Origin: Glycera tridactyla
Lineage: Eukaryota
DNA length: 64,000 bases
Direction of reading: 5' to 3'
NCBI GenBank assembly: GCA_965644265.1
Contig: OZ286476.1
Span: 54,622,001-54,686,000, forward strand
In this document: piece by piece, positions 25,973-37,617 of the stretch
How positions within the stretch are numbered: the first letter of the stretch is position 1
Layout of the letters: each line of letters begins with the position of its first letter
Notes under the pieces: model-generated
Databases searched by the model: none
The model's input: the letters and a program-made list of their open reading frames with translations, nothing else
What the model was told of the DNA's origin: nothing
Position numbers and translations under genes: made by a program

Positions 25973-27247
25973 ACTGGTCTTGACATACTTGAGTCCAACA
26001 GTATTCTACTGACAGACTCATGGTGAATTCCACACTCCATCTTTTATAATTTGTGCAGAGGAGACAAGCTGGATGCATACGGCCAAGGTAAGTGTTGATA
26101 GCTGTGAGAAGATGCTATTCAATTATCAGTTTGCCTCACAAATCAAACCCTCATTTGATTGGTGAGGAGAGCATGCCACAAGCCCTGCTCATGCTTCAGA
26201 TGATCACTGAGAAATAGCCAACAGGACACTTTGATTTTGTTGTCTTCTGACTGCATCTGTTTTTGCACTAGGTATCTAGATGAAATCTGTTTCTTGAACC
26301 TATGAAATCTTGTGGAGACTAGCATGGCCATCGCAAGCTCCTATCCTGATGGTAGGATTCTCAAGTTTCCCCACTTGTAAAGATATATATTCATGCCAAT
26401 TTATTGCATGGATGACATTCCAAAGCAGCAAGTTTTCACAAGATATCACAATTGTTAGAATCATGTCAAAAGAGAGAAGAGTACAGTCAGAGGAATTTTA
26501 CGGCATAAATAACTTCTAGTGAATTCTATGAGTACCTGATATTGCAGCAAAGAGATGAAACAACTGTGGTTTGCTGGTCAGACACCTATTCAGAAAATGC
26601 CACAAATATACCAAATGTACATTTTAATGTACCTGTAATTCTCTTCACTGACAGCTGCATACTCCAGGTATAATGATCTCCCACAATGGCAATGACAGGC
26701 CTTGTCAAACCTAGAGGCTTACCCCATGTGCAGTGTTGGATATCAGGGGAAATTGTAAGTCAGTCCCACCCCCGAAACAAGCACTCGTAACATTGGTTCC
26801 ATATTTTGAATAGTGTCAAGACAAATGTCTCCCTCAGCCACACCTCCGAGCCATTACTGACATGGTCATCATGCCAGCTGTAGAGTTCTATCTTGTCCTT
26901 CCATCGACATCCAGAGAAAATAGAGCGATCTCTGTAAGAGTTCAATTTTAAACAATGAAGTAAGTTTGAAGAAGCATTCGAAAATTTTTAGAGTTTTAAT
27001 TCAATTTTGCCTCCTAGTTTCCCGATCAAATACAATAATTGTCAACATGATTTCCTATCACAATTAGCTGGCATTCATGTAGAATATCTCAAATGACAAT
27101 GTATTGGAAAGGGAGAAGGAGCTATGCAGACTACATCTTGACGAATCTGTTCAGGTAAGATTCACCACGGATTAACATTCTTGACTCAAAATATCAAAAT
27201 ATCATTATTACAGTACAATATGATTAGAAAAGGCCTTCGGTCATATA

Positions 27248-27424
27248 CCGTGAAACCTGTCTTGGTAGACCGCCCCAAACCCCAATGAAAAGTGGTCTCT
27301 CAAGACAGGTGGTCTCTCATTGGAGGTATATTTGACTATGTCATATAGAAAAGAGCTGATACAGAGCGGACTCCCGTTAGAGCATGGTCTCACAAAAGAG
27401 GGGTCTCCCAAGACAGGTTTCACT
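27248..27424. mobile_element. MITE, CAGTGAAACCTG family
   Basis: Reverse-complement near-copy of 1584-1761. TA flanks. Confidence 0.85.
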
Positions 27425-27429
27425 ATACC

Positions 27430-28124
27430 CTATTGGAGTTTGATTCAATCTCTGTCTCTGTTTCTTCTTAAAAGTCTCATCCTACCAATCCTTAGCTACG
27501 GGGATTCAGTGTTGGTTGGTATATCCCAGGGTTTGTCAAAACAACTGGAGGTGCTGCTAAATGCCGGCCTGCGTATATGCCTATCGAAACCACCTAGAAC
27601 ACCAACATCAGAATTATTGTCTGAAGCTGGCCTGTTTAATGTCGAAACTGCAAGATCGTTCCATCTACTATGTGAATTTTTCAAAGTCAAATGTGGGAGT
27701 TGCCCCATTCGCCTGAAAAGAAGATATGTTAACTTGTTTGAGACATCACCAGTACACACGACACGGGGAGTGTCCGGAGGTGTGTTAAGGGTCCCTCGAA
27801 CAAGACTAAGAATTAGTGAAGGTGACTTCTTCTATAAGGGGTCCCAGCTATGGAACAACTTGCCAACGGACATCAAGCTATCAGAGACGATAACCTCCTT
27901 CAAGCGTAAGCTGCTCAAAAAACTGTCCTGTCAGAACCTAATGTGCGTATGCTCCCGATATAATGCCAATTGATTTTACATATATTTATGTATCCTATGT
28001 TGATATGTTACCGTACTTGAAATTGTGGATTTGTACTGTGTTTTTGTGCTCCATTGGGGGAGTAATAGTCTCCGGACCTCCCCAGGGGAGCTAAATAAAG
28101 TTTTTCAAATTCAAATTCAAATTC
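27430..28124 (+). mobile_element. 5'-truncated LINE (ORF2 C-terminus + 3' UTR + (TCAAAT)n tail)
   Basis: LILPILSYGD...HTTRG...LRVPR..FFYKGSQLWNNLP. GC-rich stem before AATAAA at 28094. Confidence 0.88.
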
Positions 28125-28250
28125 AGATCTCAATTGTAGTATCTTTGCTTCCTTTCTTGGACAGTCAGCATGTCCCTCATGAAGACTAGAAGTCTATCCG
28201 TTATCCCACCCCCGTTGTACTTATAGTGCCATTTCAGTCTAACTCTTTTT

Positions 28251-30524
28251 TCAAATTCAAATTCAAATTCAAAAACTTTTATTTATATTCACGCTACATA
28301 CACGCAACACAGGGGTCAGGATTATCATACTCGCGTGACAGAGATACCTCGTAATGTCTGTGTTATTAAAACCTTAACATGGGAATGAATGATTTGTTCC
28401 AGGTGGATTCATCTAGCAAAAGAGATACTGTCCAGATCATATCATGTGGTGGTGTACAGATATTGTGGAAAAATGGTAACAGTATATATCCAAGTCAATA
28501 TGTGACATATAATTTATAGAATATGGTCAGTCAAGACATGATACAGATCGCTATTGCTTTCCTGGTCTCCCCGAGGATAACCAATTCATGACATGGTCTC
28601 TGAACGTTTGTCTGGTTAGGTGTTGCTTCATCTTAATAGATGTCGGAAGGGAATTCCACAGTAGTGGTCCTTGACACGCAAATGAATTTTGACCTACATT
28701 ACTCCTACAAAGTGGTAGTTTGAAGTTGCCAAGAGCTGCTCCCCGGGTGTTGTGAAGGTGCGTGTCCCTAAGTGGTGTTAACAATCCCAATAGATATGAT
28801 GGGACCTCTTTTTTAAGAATCTTGTCCATGATCATAATGGTATGCAGGTCTCTGTAATCAGACAAACGAAGAAGACCAGTAGTACTATGCATATCGTCAG
28901 TTGACGCCCATCGGTTACTTCTTGTTATTACTCTTATAGCCTTGTTTTGTTGCAGTTGAAGGGAATAAGAATCTCTGGACAAGAGTTGCCTGTATAGAGT
29001 ATCGCAATAGGAAAACAGAGGTATGACCAATGATCTGTACAAATTTAGACTTGCGCCTTATGTTAAAAATTCTCTTGACTTGCCAAGCATGTATAGCCTT
29101 TGGCTAGCCTTTTTCGTGACATACGAAATATTATCAGTAAAAGTGAGTGACTGGTCCAGGTATAGACCCAGGTACTTGAATTTCTCAACCTGCTCAATAT
29201 TTTCTGTATTAACAGTGATGACACAGTCAGGAACATTCAACAACATATGACGAGATCCAAAATACATGATCTTGGTCTTCTTCACATTGAGAAATAGCCT
29301 ATTTGTGTTAAGCCACCTCTCAATGTCAAGGAGATCACTCCGAATATTCTCTTGGGTGTTTGCAATGTTGTCAGAGGCACAAAAAATAGCAGTGTCATCT
29401 GCGTATAGTGAGCATTCACAATGCTTGAGTATGCCTGGTAGATCGTTAATATATAATATAAAAAGTAGTGGTCCTAGCGTGGACCCCTGAGGAACCCCAC
29501 AGGTCACTTGTAATGCATCTGAGAGACTACCGATGATTTCAGTGCGCTGGGAACGATCAGTCAGAAAGTTTTTGAACCACAAGACTTCTAAATCTTGAAT
29601 CCCTGTTCGTGATAGTCTTTCGTGGGAAATCGTATCGAATGCTCTCCGAAAATCTAAATAGACTACCGCGGGGGTAAGCCCTCTATCCATTCAAATAACA
29701 GCTGGTTTGTGAAATACAGTAAAGCAGTTTCGGTGGAATGCTGGGGCTGAAAACCGGACTGTGCTTTATTCAGGATTGAGTGACATTTCAGGTAATCATA
29801 GAGTTGTTTGTGAACAACCTTTTCAATAAACTTCGAGATGAAAGGTAGTATAGAGATGGGGCGGTAGTTAGATGGATTAGAGCGTTTTCCATCCTTGTAG
29901 ATAGGAGTAACCTGTGAAGTTTTCCATGAGTTCGGGAACTGACCTGTATTCAAGGACACACATATAACATTATGTAATACAGGGGCAATAATCTCTGCAC
30001 CATCGCGCAGAAATCTTGAGTGTATACCATGAATACCTGTGGGTTTGCCCAGGTTGAAGCTCTTGAGGAAGTTAAGGATTTCCTCGAGGGACGGCAGGGA
30101 AAATTTGAAAGCTGGGTTACCTCGGGGTAACTCAGTTTCAACATCCATAAAAGTACCAGTAATATTAGAAGATAGACTAGGGCCAATTTCGGCAGAAAAT
30201 TTATTATATATGTTGGCCATGGTTTTTGGATCTGACTCCCCATCCAATTCAATAATTGAATCATTCTTACTCTTCCTTGGCAGCAGACGTGATAGCTCTT
30301 TGCATAGTTTGGCCACATTGTCTGAATTTTCCTGAATTTGATTAAAAAAATAAGAACTTTTGAGACGCTTGGCCATGTAGTTTTTCTCATTTCTTAGTTG
30401 GCGACTGAGAGCTTCAAGTTCAGGGTTGCCCGAGTTCTTAGCCTTAGTGTGAGCATCTTTGAAATCATGGAGGGCTGTAATATACTCGTCTCCCAACCAT
30501 GGGACATTCTCAATTCTGACTCTC
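28251..30524 (-). pseudogene. LINE ORF2 (linker + RT + C-terminus) with two frameshifts; 3' part of an interrupted copy
   Basis: ORFs 29663-30559, 29058-29690 and 28551-29042 carry NYRPISIL, YLDFRRAFDT, GVPQGS, YADD and KYLG. Tail (TTTGAA)n at 28251-28275. Confidence 0.93.
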
Positions 30525-32579
30525 GGGTCATTCCATGGTATTCTGGACACACAATGCAATTTTTTAAATTGAGCAATTACTTGAATTGATCATTCAGATC
30601 AATACTCAAGAAGTTGAAGTGTATAGAACCAACTTTTTTTCACACATCACTTCTAGATTCTCTGGCTAGCATGCTTTTTTTTTGGTGAAATTCACAATTT
30701 TGGCGTTTCGGACGGACAAATTTCGAATCATCATAATTTTGGTTTGAAGACATGTACAAGCCTGATATTTGCTGACAAGGAAGTTTGTACTAAGAAGTCT
30801 ATGACAACTTTTGTTTTGCAAGCCCCAAAAAAAAAATTCGAAAATTTTGAAATAAATTTTTGGTGAAAATTGTCCGTCCGAAACACAAAAACTACATAAA
30901 ATTGATTTTTTTTTCATAGAAATTTTCATTTTTTTCCAGCAAGACTTCTAATCCTCTGAGAGAATGTGTGTAAGACTATGCATGGTGAATTTTATACCAG
31001 TATCATGTCCGTACATGATTTTATGGAAGTTTCAAAAGTGTCGGTCAGAAACGCTCAAAAAGTGTCTGTCCGAAACGCTCAAATGTGGCCGTCCAAAACA
31101 CTTTCAATTCATCATAATTTTGGTTTGGAGACATATAAAAGCCTGATTTTTGCTGACAAGGAAAACTGTACTAAGAAGTCTATGACAACTTTTGTTTTGC
31201 ATGCAAAAAAATATTTTGAAATAAATTTTTGCTGAAAAATTGTCTGTCCGAAACACAAAACTACCAAAAATTTGTTTTTTTTCATAGAAATTCTCTTTTT
31301 TTTTTGTTGAAGACTCCAACTTTAAGAGAATGTGTGTAAGACTATGCAGGGTGATTTTTGCACTACAACTATGTCTGTACATGATTTTATAGAAGTTTCA
31401 AAAGTGTCTGTCAGAAACTCTCAAAAAGTGTCCACCGAAACGCTCAAGTGTGGCCGTCCGAAACACTTTCAAATCATCATGATTTTGGTTTGGAGACATG
31501 TACAAGCCTGATATTTGCTGACATGAAAGTTTGTCCTAAGAAGTCTATGACAACTTTTGTATTGCAAGCAAAAAAAAATTTGGAATCAATTTTTGGTGAG
31601 AAATTGTCCGTCCGAAACATAAAACTGAAAAAAAAGATAATTTTTCATAGAAATTTTCATTTTTTTCGAGCAAGAATTCAAATCCTCTAAGAGAATGTGT
31701 GTAAGACTATGCATGGTGAATTTTATACCAGTATCATGTCCGTACATGATTTTATGGAAGTTTCAAAAGTGTCCGTCCGAAACGCTCAAAAAGTGTCTGT
31801 CCGAAACACTCAAATGTGGCCGTCCAAAAACACTTTCGAATCATCATAATTTTGGTTTTGAGACATACATAAGCCTGATTTTTGCTGACAAGGAAGTTTG
31901 TCCTAAGAAGTCTATGGCAACTTTTGTTTTGCACGCAAAAAAATATATACAAAAATTTTGAAATCAATTTTTGCTGAAAAATTGTCTGTCCGAAACACAA
32001 AACTACCCAAAAAAAAATTTTTTCAAAGAAATTTTCATTTTTTTTCTAGCAAGACTTCAAATCCTCTAAGAGAATGTGTGTAAGACTATGCACGGTGATT
32101 TCCATACCACTACCATGCCTGTAAATGATTTTATAGAACTTACAGCCACAGTGGACAAAAGTGTCCGTCCGAAACGCCACAAAGTGTCCGTCCGAAACGT
32201 TTTTTAGAGTTGAATATCTCAGAGTATTTTTGAGGTTTGGTAAGAATTACTTTTCATGTGCTTCAGGTATATATTCAAGATACTTATCAATCACACTTAA
32301 CAGATTTTTGTCCATGAACAGAGCAGAAAATTTGAAAAATCTCTATATACCTCAAAACCCTTGTCCGAAAAGTGTCCGTCCGAAACGGACCCAAAAAAGC
32401 CCCCCCTATTGAAATTTTTCACATGTATTCCGATAAAAAAGTGTGTAATATATGGAGTGCAGTAAGTTGAATGAAGTATCCAAGAAAAAGTTTCAGTGTC
32501 ACTTATATTTTTCTCACAAGACCAAAATAATCGCTCCAAAATGTCTGTCCGAAACAGAAGAAATACCATGGAATGACCC
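30525..32579. mobile_element. Non-autonomous DNA transposon, 18-bp TIR GGGTCATTCCATGGTATT, 4-bp TSD TCTC (possibly Sola2-like)
   Basis: TIRs at both ends, with TCTC at 30521-30524 and 32580-32583. Excision restores the LINE frame APFKTMRVRIENVPW. Confidence 0.9.
30690..32200. repeat. ~366-bp tandem repeat x4 inside the TIR element (ABAB)
   Basis: GAGAATGTGTGTAAGACTATGCA recurs near 30960, 31326, 31691 and 32070. Many GTC(C/T)GTCCGAAAC motifs. Confidence 0.9.
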
Positions 32580-32790
32580 TCTCATGGTTTTGAATGGAGC
32601 AATTCTGCCACAATTGCAATACAATCCAGCAGTATTCTAAAGTCATTTTCGGCATCATCTCCTAGGAACCTGCATTGGTGTAGGGCATTCTCTAATAATG
32701 CTTTGAATTCAACTGCTGAGTAGTTTCGGAGAGTTCTTGCCTCAATAACCTTCTTTCTTCTGGAGGCTATTACATGTGTTTTTTTCCTCC
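32580..32790 (-). pseudogene. 5' continuation of the interrupted LINE ORF2 (end of APE/linker)
   Basis: HVIASRRKKVIEARTLRNYSAVEFKALL aligns with KTIKARTFRNYTTAVFRQSL of the 13474 ORF. Confidence 0.8.
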
Positions 32791-32989
32791 ACTTTTCTTA
32801 GCATTTCCAATGATAATCTCACAACTGGTTGTTTAGAAGCTTTTCTATGAACCAGTTCATATGGTATATTTGTACACATATGTAGAATGTTGACATGAGC
32901 TTGTATGATAACTGGTCATAGCCAGAATCAGCATTATTAGCTGGTATATTTTGCATCATTTATTTTGTTATTTTTGTACCATGAATGTA

Positions 32990-33270
32990 GGTACATCCAC
33001 CAGTATAAATAAAGATTTTGTCATTGTCATTGTCATTGTCAACCTATTTGAATGTGTGTCATTAACACATGGATATGTGACTAGAGCTGCTAACAGTGGC
33101 GACCTCGTGGTCCCTCGCATTAGGACAACCTTTGGAAACCATTCACTTTCGGTTAATGGCGCCAAACTCTGGAATGATCCCAACCTGGAAACAAGAAATT
33201 CAGGTGGCCTCAGTATATTCAAGTCTAACTATTGGAAGTTCAGACCCTCTTCATCCATGCTACAAGACTG
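32990..33270 (+). mobile_element. LINE-type tail (AATAAA + (TTGTCA)4) followed by a LINE ORF2 C-terminal fragment
   Basis: Tail at 33008-33041. NLFECV..THGYVTR..GDLVVPR..SVNGAKLWN matches the C-terminus of ORF 24888-25631. Confidence 0.75.
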
Positions 33271-34229
33271 AAAAGATTCTCCGATAATTTCCAGTGTCAT
33301 GACATATGATAAGCTGGTGCCAAATTACCTGTCACTTGTATTGAAGAATGTACTCTTCTACCCTATGTAGTTAAACCAGTCCTATCCAAATCCATATTAC
33401 GTACCATATATTTCTCCTTCTTTCTATTAGCCTACTTTGCAGGAAGAATTTATGGAACCCCAGCATATGGTGCTTTCTATATGCCAATGCAGAATAACAT
33501 GTGGTTCAATTGAAAACTGGTCAGAGCCAAAATCAGCCCCGGCTGGTCTCTCTCGATTGTCACAAAGGTATATTTGTAAAGCGAAACTTGCTACATATCA
33601 CCAGTCTGAATAAAGTTCTTGTCATTCTGTTATTAGCATTCTGCAAAGTCTGGATCATGTTTTTCAAACATTTCAACTGCCCTTGGACAGCACATCACAT
33701 GCCCAAACCTGAAGTAAATGTGCCAATGCACACCTTCACATCAACATGCTTCAGGCAATGTTGATTTAGTGTGGATAGCTGCAGCATTTTGGAAGATATG
33801 GGTTTCGCAAGTTCCACATAACAGCACATACCATCCTGAATTTTTCAACTGGGCAGACCATCACAGGCCCCAGATCCAGATTAAATGTACCGTTGCACAT
33901 CTTTACATTGAGATGCTTGAAAGAAAGTTGATTTGGTGTGGATACAGGCACCAGTTCTGGAGATATGAGTTCCGCAAAATCTTGATGGGAGTTTATACCA
34001 TCCTGAAGATTTTCAGACATTTCAAATCCAAAATAAACATGCCCGTGCATACCTACACATCAAGACTCTTCTGAGAAACTGGATTTCATGTAAATCGGTG
34101 CAGCGGTTCCAGAGATACAGGTTCCGCAAAGTTGGCATGCACTGAAGGAGTGGAGCATGCTCCTGCCTGTGGTGTGTGGCCACTTTTTAAGGATGGCTGT
34201 TTGCCAGCCTTGATGTAGGTGAGGCAGAT

Positions 34230-35200
34230 GAGGGATGCATAAAAATTGTGTTGGAGTTTTCAGATGCTTTTTTCATGGTTGCAAGGTATGCCAATTTCCA
34301 ACGGACCACTTGGACATGTTGAATACATTCACAAAGAACCTTCATGCATTGATGACTACTCTTACAAAGCTGAGATATTAGAAATAAATAACTTTAAATT
34401 GTGTGTGGAGATTGTGACATGTGCTTTTTGTTTACATCTTTTGGCCAAATACTCTCTAACCCTCACAGGAAATTGGCTAAGTATTTCAGCAGTGAACACT
34501 CGACTGTATCACCATTAAACACACATCACAATTCATGTATGTAGTGTATGTTGTGGCTTCAAGCTAATCAAGGTCATGGAGACTGATAAACAGCACGAAA
34601 AACAATTAAATGTCGAATACAGCTGATGAAATTCTCTGAAGTGAATGACATTATCAGTGTCTCCATTCGCGATGAGAAATAGTTCTACATCGCCTTTTGG
34701 AGCTAAATTACCAAAGAAATGTCGAACTCACAGTCAGAACGATTATATAAATGAATTCCTTGTCCTTGATTTGTCCCACATCCATACATAAATCTTGAAA
34801 TATGTGGGTATTATCATGACCATCTGATCCATGTGTGCGAGATGCAGATCTAGCTGAAAAGTAGTGCTTCTTCACACCTCATTACCAAGTTTCACGGATC
34901 ACTACGCCGATTCATGCATGAAGTTCTAGGTTCGTCATAGCATGCGCAAAACCAGCCAATCAGCACCCAGGCAGAACGCTCATGCATCTCCATCGAGCAG
35001 CAAAGGTAAACTGCTGAATAACCAAAAAAATATCAAACTCATGGTTGAAACGATCATTTGAATGAATTCCTCGGCATTAGTTTGTCTTACATCCATGCGT
35101 AAATCTCCAAAATCTGTCAAACATTCGCCAGTGCAGTGACACCTTCTCAGCGCGATGTCCGGGCGATATTCACTGCGCATATGTCTACGGGTTCAGTGCA
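34230..35200. repeat. Dispersed repeat homologous to 57760-59060 (empty-site copy)
   Basis: Shared blocks such as TTTGTTTACATCTTTTGGCCAAATACTCTCTAACCC, ATCAGTGTCTCCATTC and CATAAATCTTGAAA. Confidence 0.8.
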
Positions 35201-36850
35201 GGCCAGACTCGCAACCTCTGGTGAGCTGGTGAGTCCCTCCTGGGCCCCAAAATCGTCTGCTAGCGTCTGAGCATCTCCGTAGTCGTTGCCGTAGTCGCCC
35301 CAGTCACCTACTGGCAAGGTGATGGTACTGCTTCCAGGCTAAACAATAGTTTCTCCATCTGTCCTTTGGGCAGGTTAAGTGTGGTTTTCACCTGCTCTTT
35401 GTCATCTTCACCTGCCCTCCTGCATATAATCATAGACCAAACAATAATAGACCTGCCCTAACAACAAATTTGCCTGTCTGTGCCAGTAGGGCAGCCTTTT
35501 GCGTAGAGCCCTGGCTTGTGCTGGTTGTGGTGTAGGAGGAAATGGGGTGCTGCTGGTGCTGCTGCTGGTAGGCCTGGTGGTGGTGGTGGCGGTAGTGGGG
35601 GTAGTCGTACCTTCCACTTTCACTTTCATGCCATCCTTTTGGGGCCTACTGGCCTAGTTTGAGTAGTCCCCATAGCTCAGTGGGTACCTCGGCTTGCTTC
35701 TCCACAGACTAGCGGTTGGTGCCATGCTGGAGATCCAAGCTTCAAATCCACAAGAAATCAAATGAATCCTGAAAATGTTATTAATACATTTCCATGGTGT
35801 ATCGTGTAACATAATTTTATCTCTCTGAATTTCTCTCATAAGTAACAAATTCTGTATTGTATGATGCACTCTCTGATCATTTTTGGTATCAATTTGTCAA
35901 AGAAAATGTGAGGAATATCTTTCAAATGGGTGGCCATGAAAATGGGTCCAATTTGGATAATGAAGTAACCTCTTCTGATAATCAGTAAAGGGCTGTGCAT
36001 GTTATCATATATGATATGATGTGATATGAGATCTCTTCTTTCACTCCAGGGTAATGGTCAGCACAGACACTGCATTCAGCCCAGCCCAGGCTTCTTACAT
36101 TAACACAACACACAACAACTGTCTAGTCTCTTTAAGATGATTTAAATGATGCAAATAGCCTACTATGTAATCCTATGTGACTATCAGATACCTGTGCCAG
36201 TCTAGTGCATAGATACAAGGATGCAATGCAAGTAACATGGGGGGGGGGGGGGGGTGTCTGCCTGTGCAGTTCCTCTAGCATGATTTCTTAGGACAAGAAA
36301 ATTTCTTGGGATCACTTCTCCCAATTTAACAGAGCATGCACAGAATCATATCACCAGCAACTAATATATCAATCTCGGCCAATTCACTGTTTTGAAAGCA
36401 GTCAAACTATCAATTTGTTCCATGATGCTGAAAGCAATTTCACGAAGACACTTCATTACTCTGGACAAATGCAGGTTGTTATTTGCAGTTGAGCCAGTAT
36501 TTACACTGGCTCTGAAACTTAAGCAGAATTTCCTAGAAACTCAGATTCATAGTTACCTTGAGCAAAATGATATATTTTTATGCATAGCAAATTTGAGAAT
36601 GCATAATGGTGTATCTCAACAGGACATGATAGAAACATTCAAAGCGTTTGAGAAAATCAAGCTGCAAAAATTGCGAAGACTGAATTTGATGCAACAAGAA
36701 ATGTGAGATGGCATCTTGAATCACACAATTTCACCTTCTGTAAGGCCACCATAAAGTGGCTTGTATGATTTGTCATCCACATAACAATTCCATCTGAAAA
36801 ATAAAGATTCTGCTTTTATCTGCTATCTTACTAGTCATCCTCCATCATAA

Positions 36851-37617
36851 GATCATCTGTGGTGATGTTCCACCATCAGTGTAACCTCTGCCCATCCTCC
36901 TTATCATCCATCATCAGATCATCTGTGGTGATGTTCCACCATCAGTGTAACCTCTGCCCATCCTCCTTATCATCCATCATCAGATCATCTGTGGTGATGT
37001 TCCACCATCAGTGTAACCTCTGCCCATCCTCCTTATCATCCATCATCAGATCATCTGTGGTGATGTTCCACCATCAGTGTAACCTCTGCCCATCCTCCTT
37101 ATCATCCATCATCAGATCATCTGTGGTGATGTTCCACCATCAGTGTAACCTCTGCCCATCCTCCTTATCATCCATCATCAGATCATCTGTGGTGATGTTC
37201 GACCATCAGTGTAACCTATGCTCATCCTCCTCATCCTCCATCATCAGATCATCTGTGGTGATGTTCGACCATCAGTGTAACCTATGCTCATCCTCCTCAT
37301 CATCCATCATCAGATCATCTGTGGTGATGTACCACCATCAGTGTAACCTATGCTCATCCTCCTCATCCTCCATCATCAGATCATCTGTGGTGATGCTCCA
37401 CCATCAGTGTAACCTATGCTCATCCTCCTCATCATCCATCATCAGATCATCTGTGGTGATGTTCGACCATCAGTGTAACCTATGCTCATCCTCCTCATCC
37501 TCCATCATCAGATCATCTGTGGTGATGTTCGACCATCAGTGTAACCTATGCTCATCCTCCTCATCCTCCATCATCAGATCATCTGTGGTGATGTACCACC
37601 ATCAGTGTAACCTATCT
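36851..37617. repeat. 66-bp minisatellite, ~11.6 copies
   Basis: Period 66. The first ~5 copies are identical and later copies form a second variant class. Confidence 0.97.

Noticed and set aside
27320-27973. 217-aa ORF as a novel gene
   Set aside because: It is a chance fusion: the N-terminus is read through a MITE and the rest is a LINE ORF2 C-terminus.
5749-30390. Numerous antisense or alternate-frame ORFs overlapping LINE ORF2s
   Set aside because: Shadow ORFs of the real RT/APE frames.
30666-32412. Repeated short ORFs (MCVRLCMVNF...) as a transposase remnant
   Set aside because: They arise from the AT-rich 366-bp tandem unit and show no DDE motifs.
35665-35760. tRNA-like GTCCCCATAGCTCAGTGGGTA with downstream GCTTCAAATCC
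   Set aside because: No cloverleaf, and the B-box-like part belongs to another repeat also seen near 40285.
36500-36620. ETQIHSYLEQNDIF resembling an RT-adjacent LINE segment
   Set aside because: Too short and lacking flanking motifs to call.
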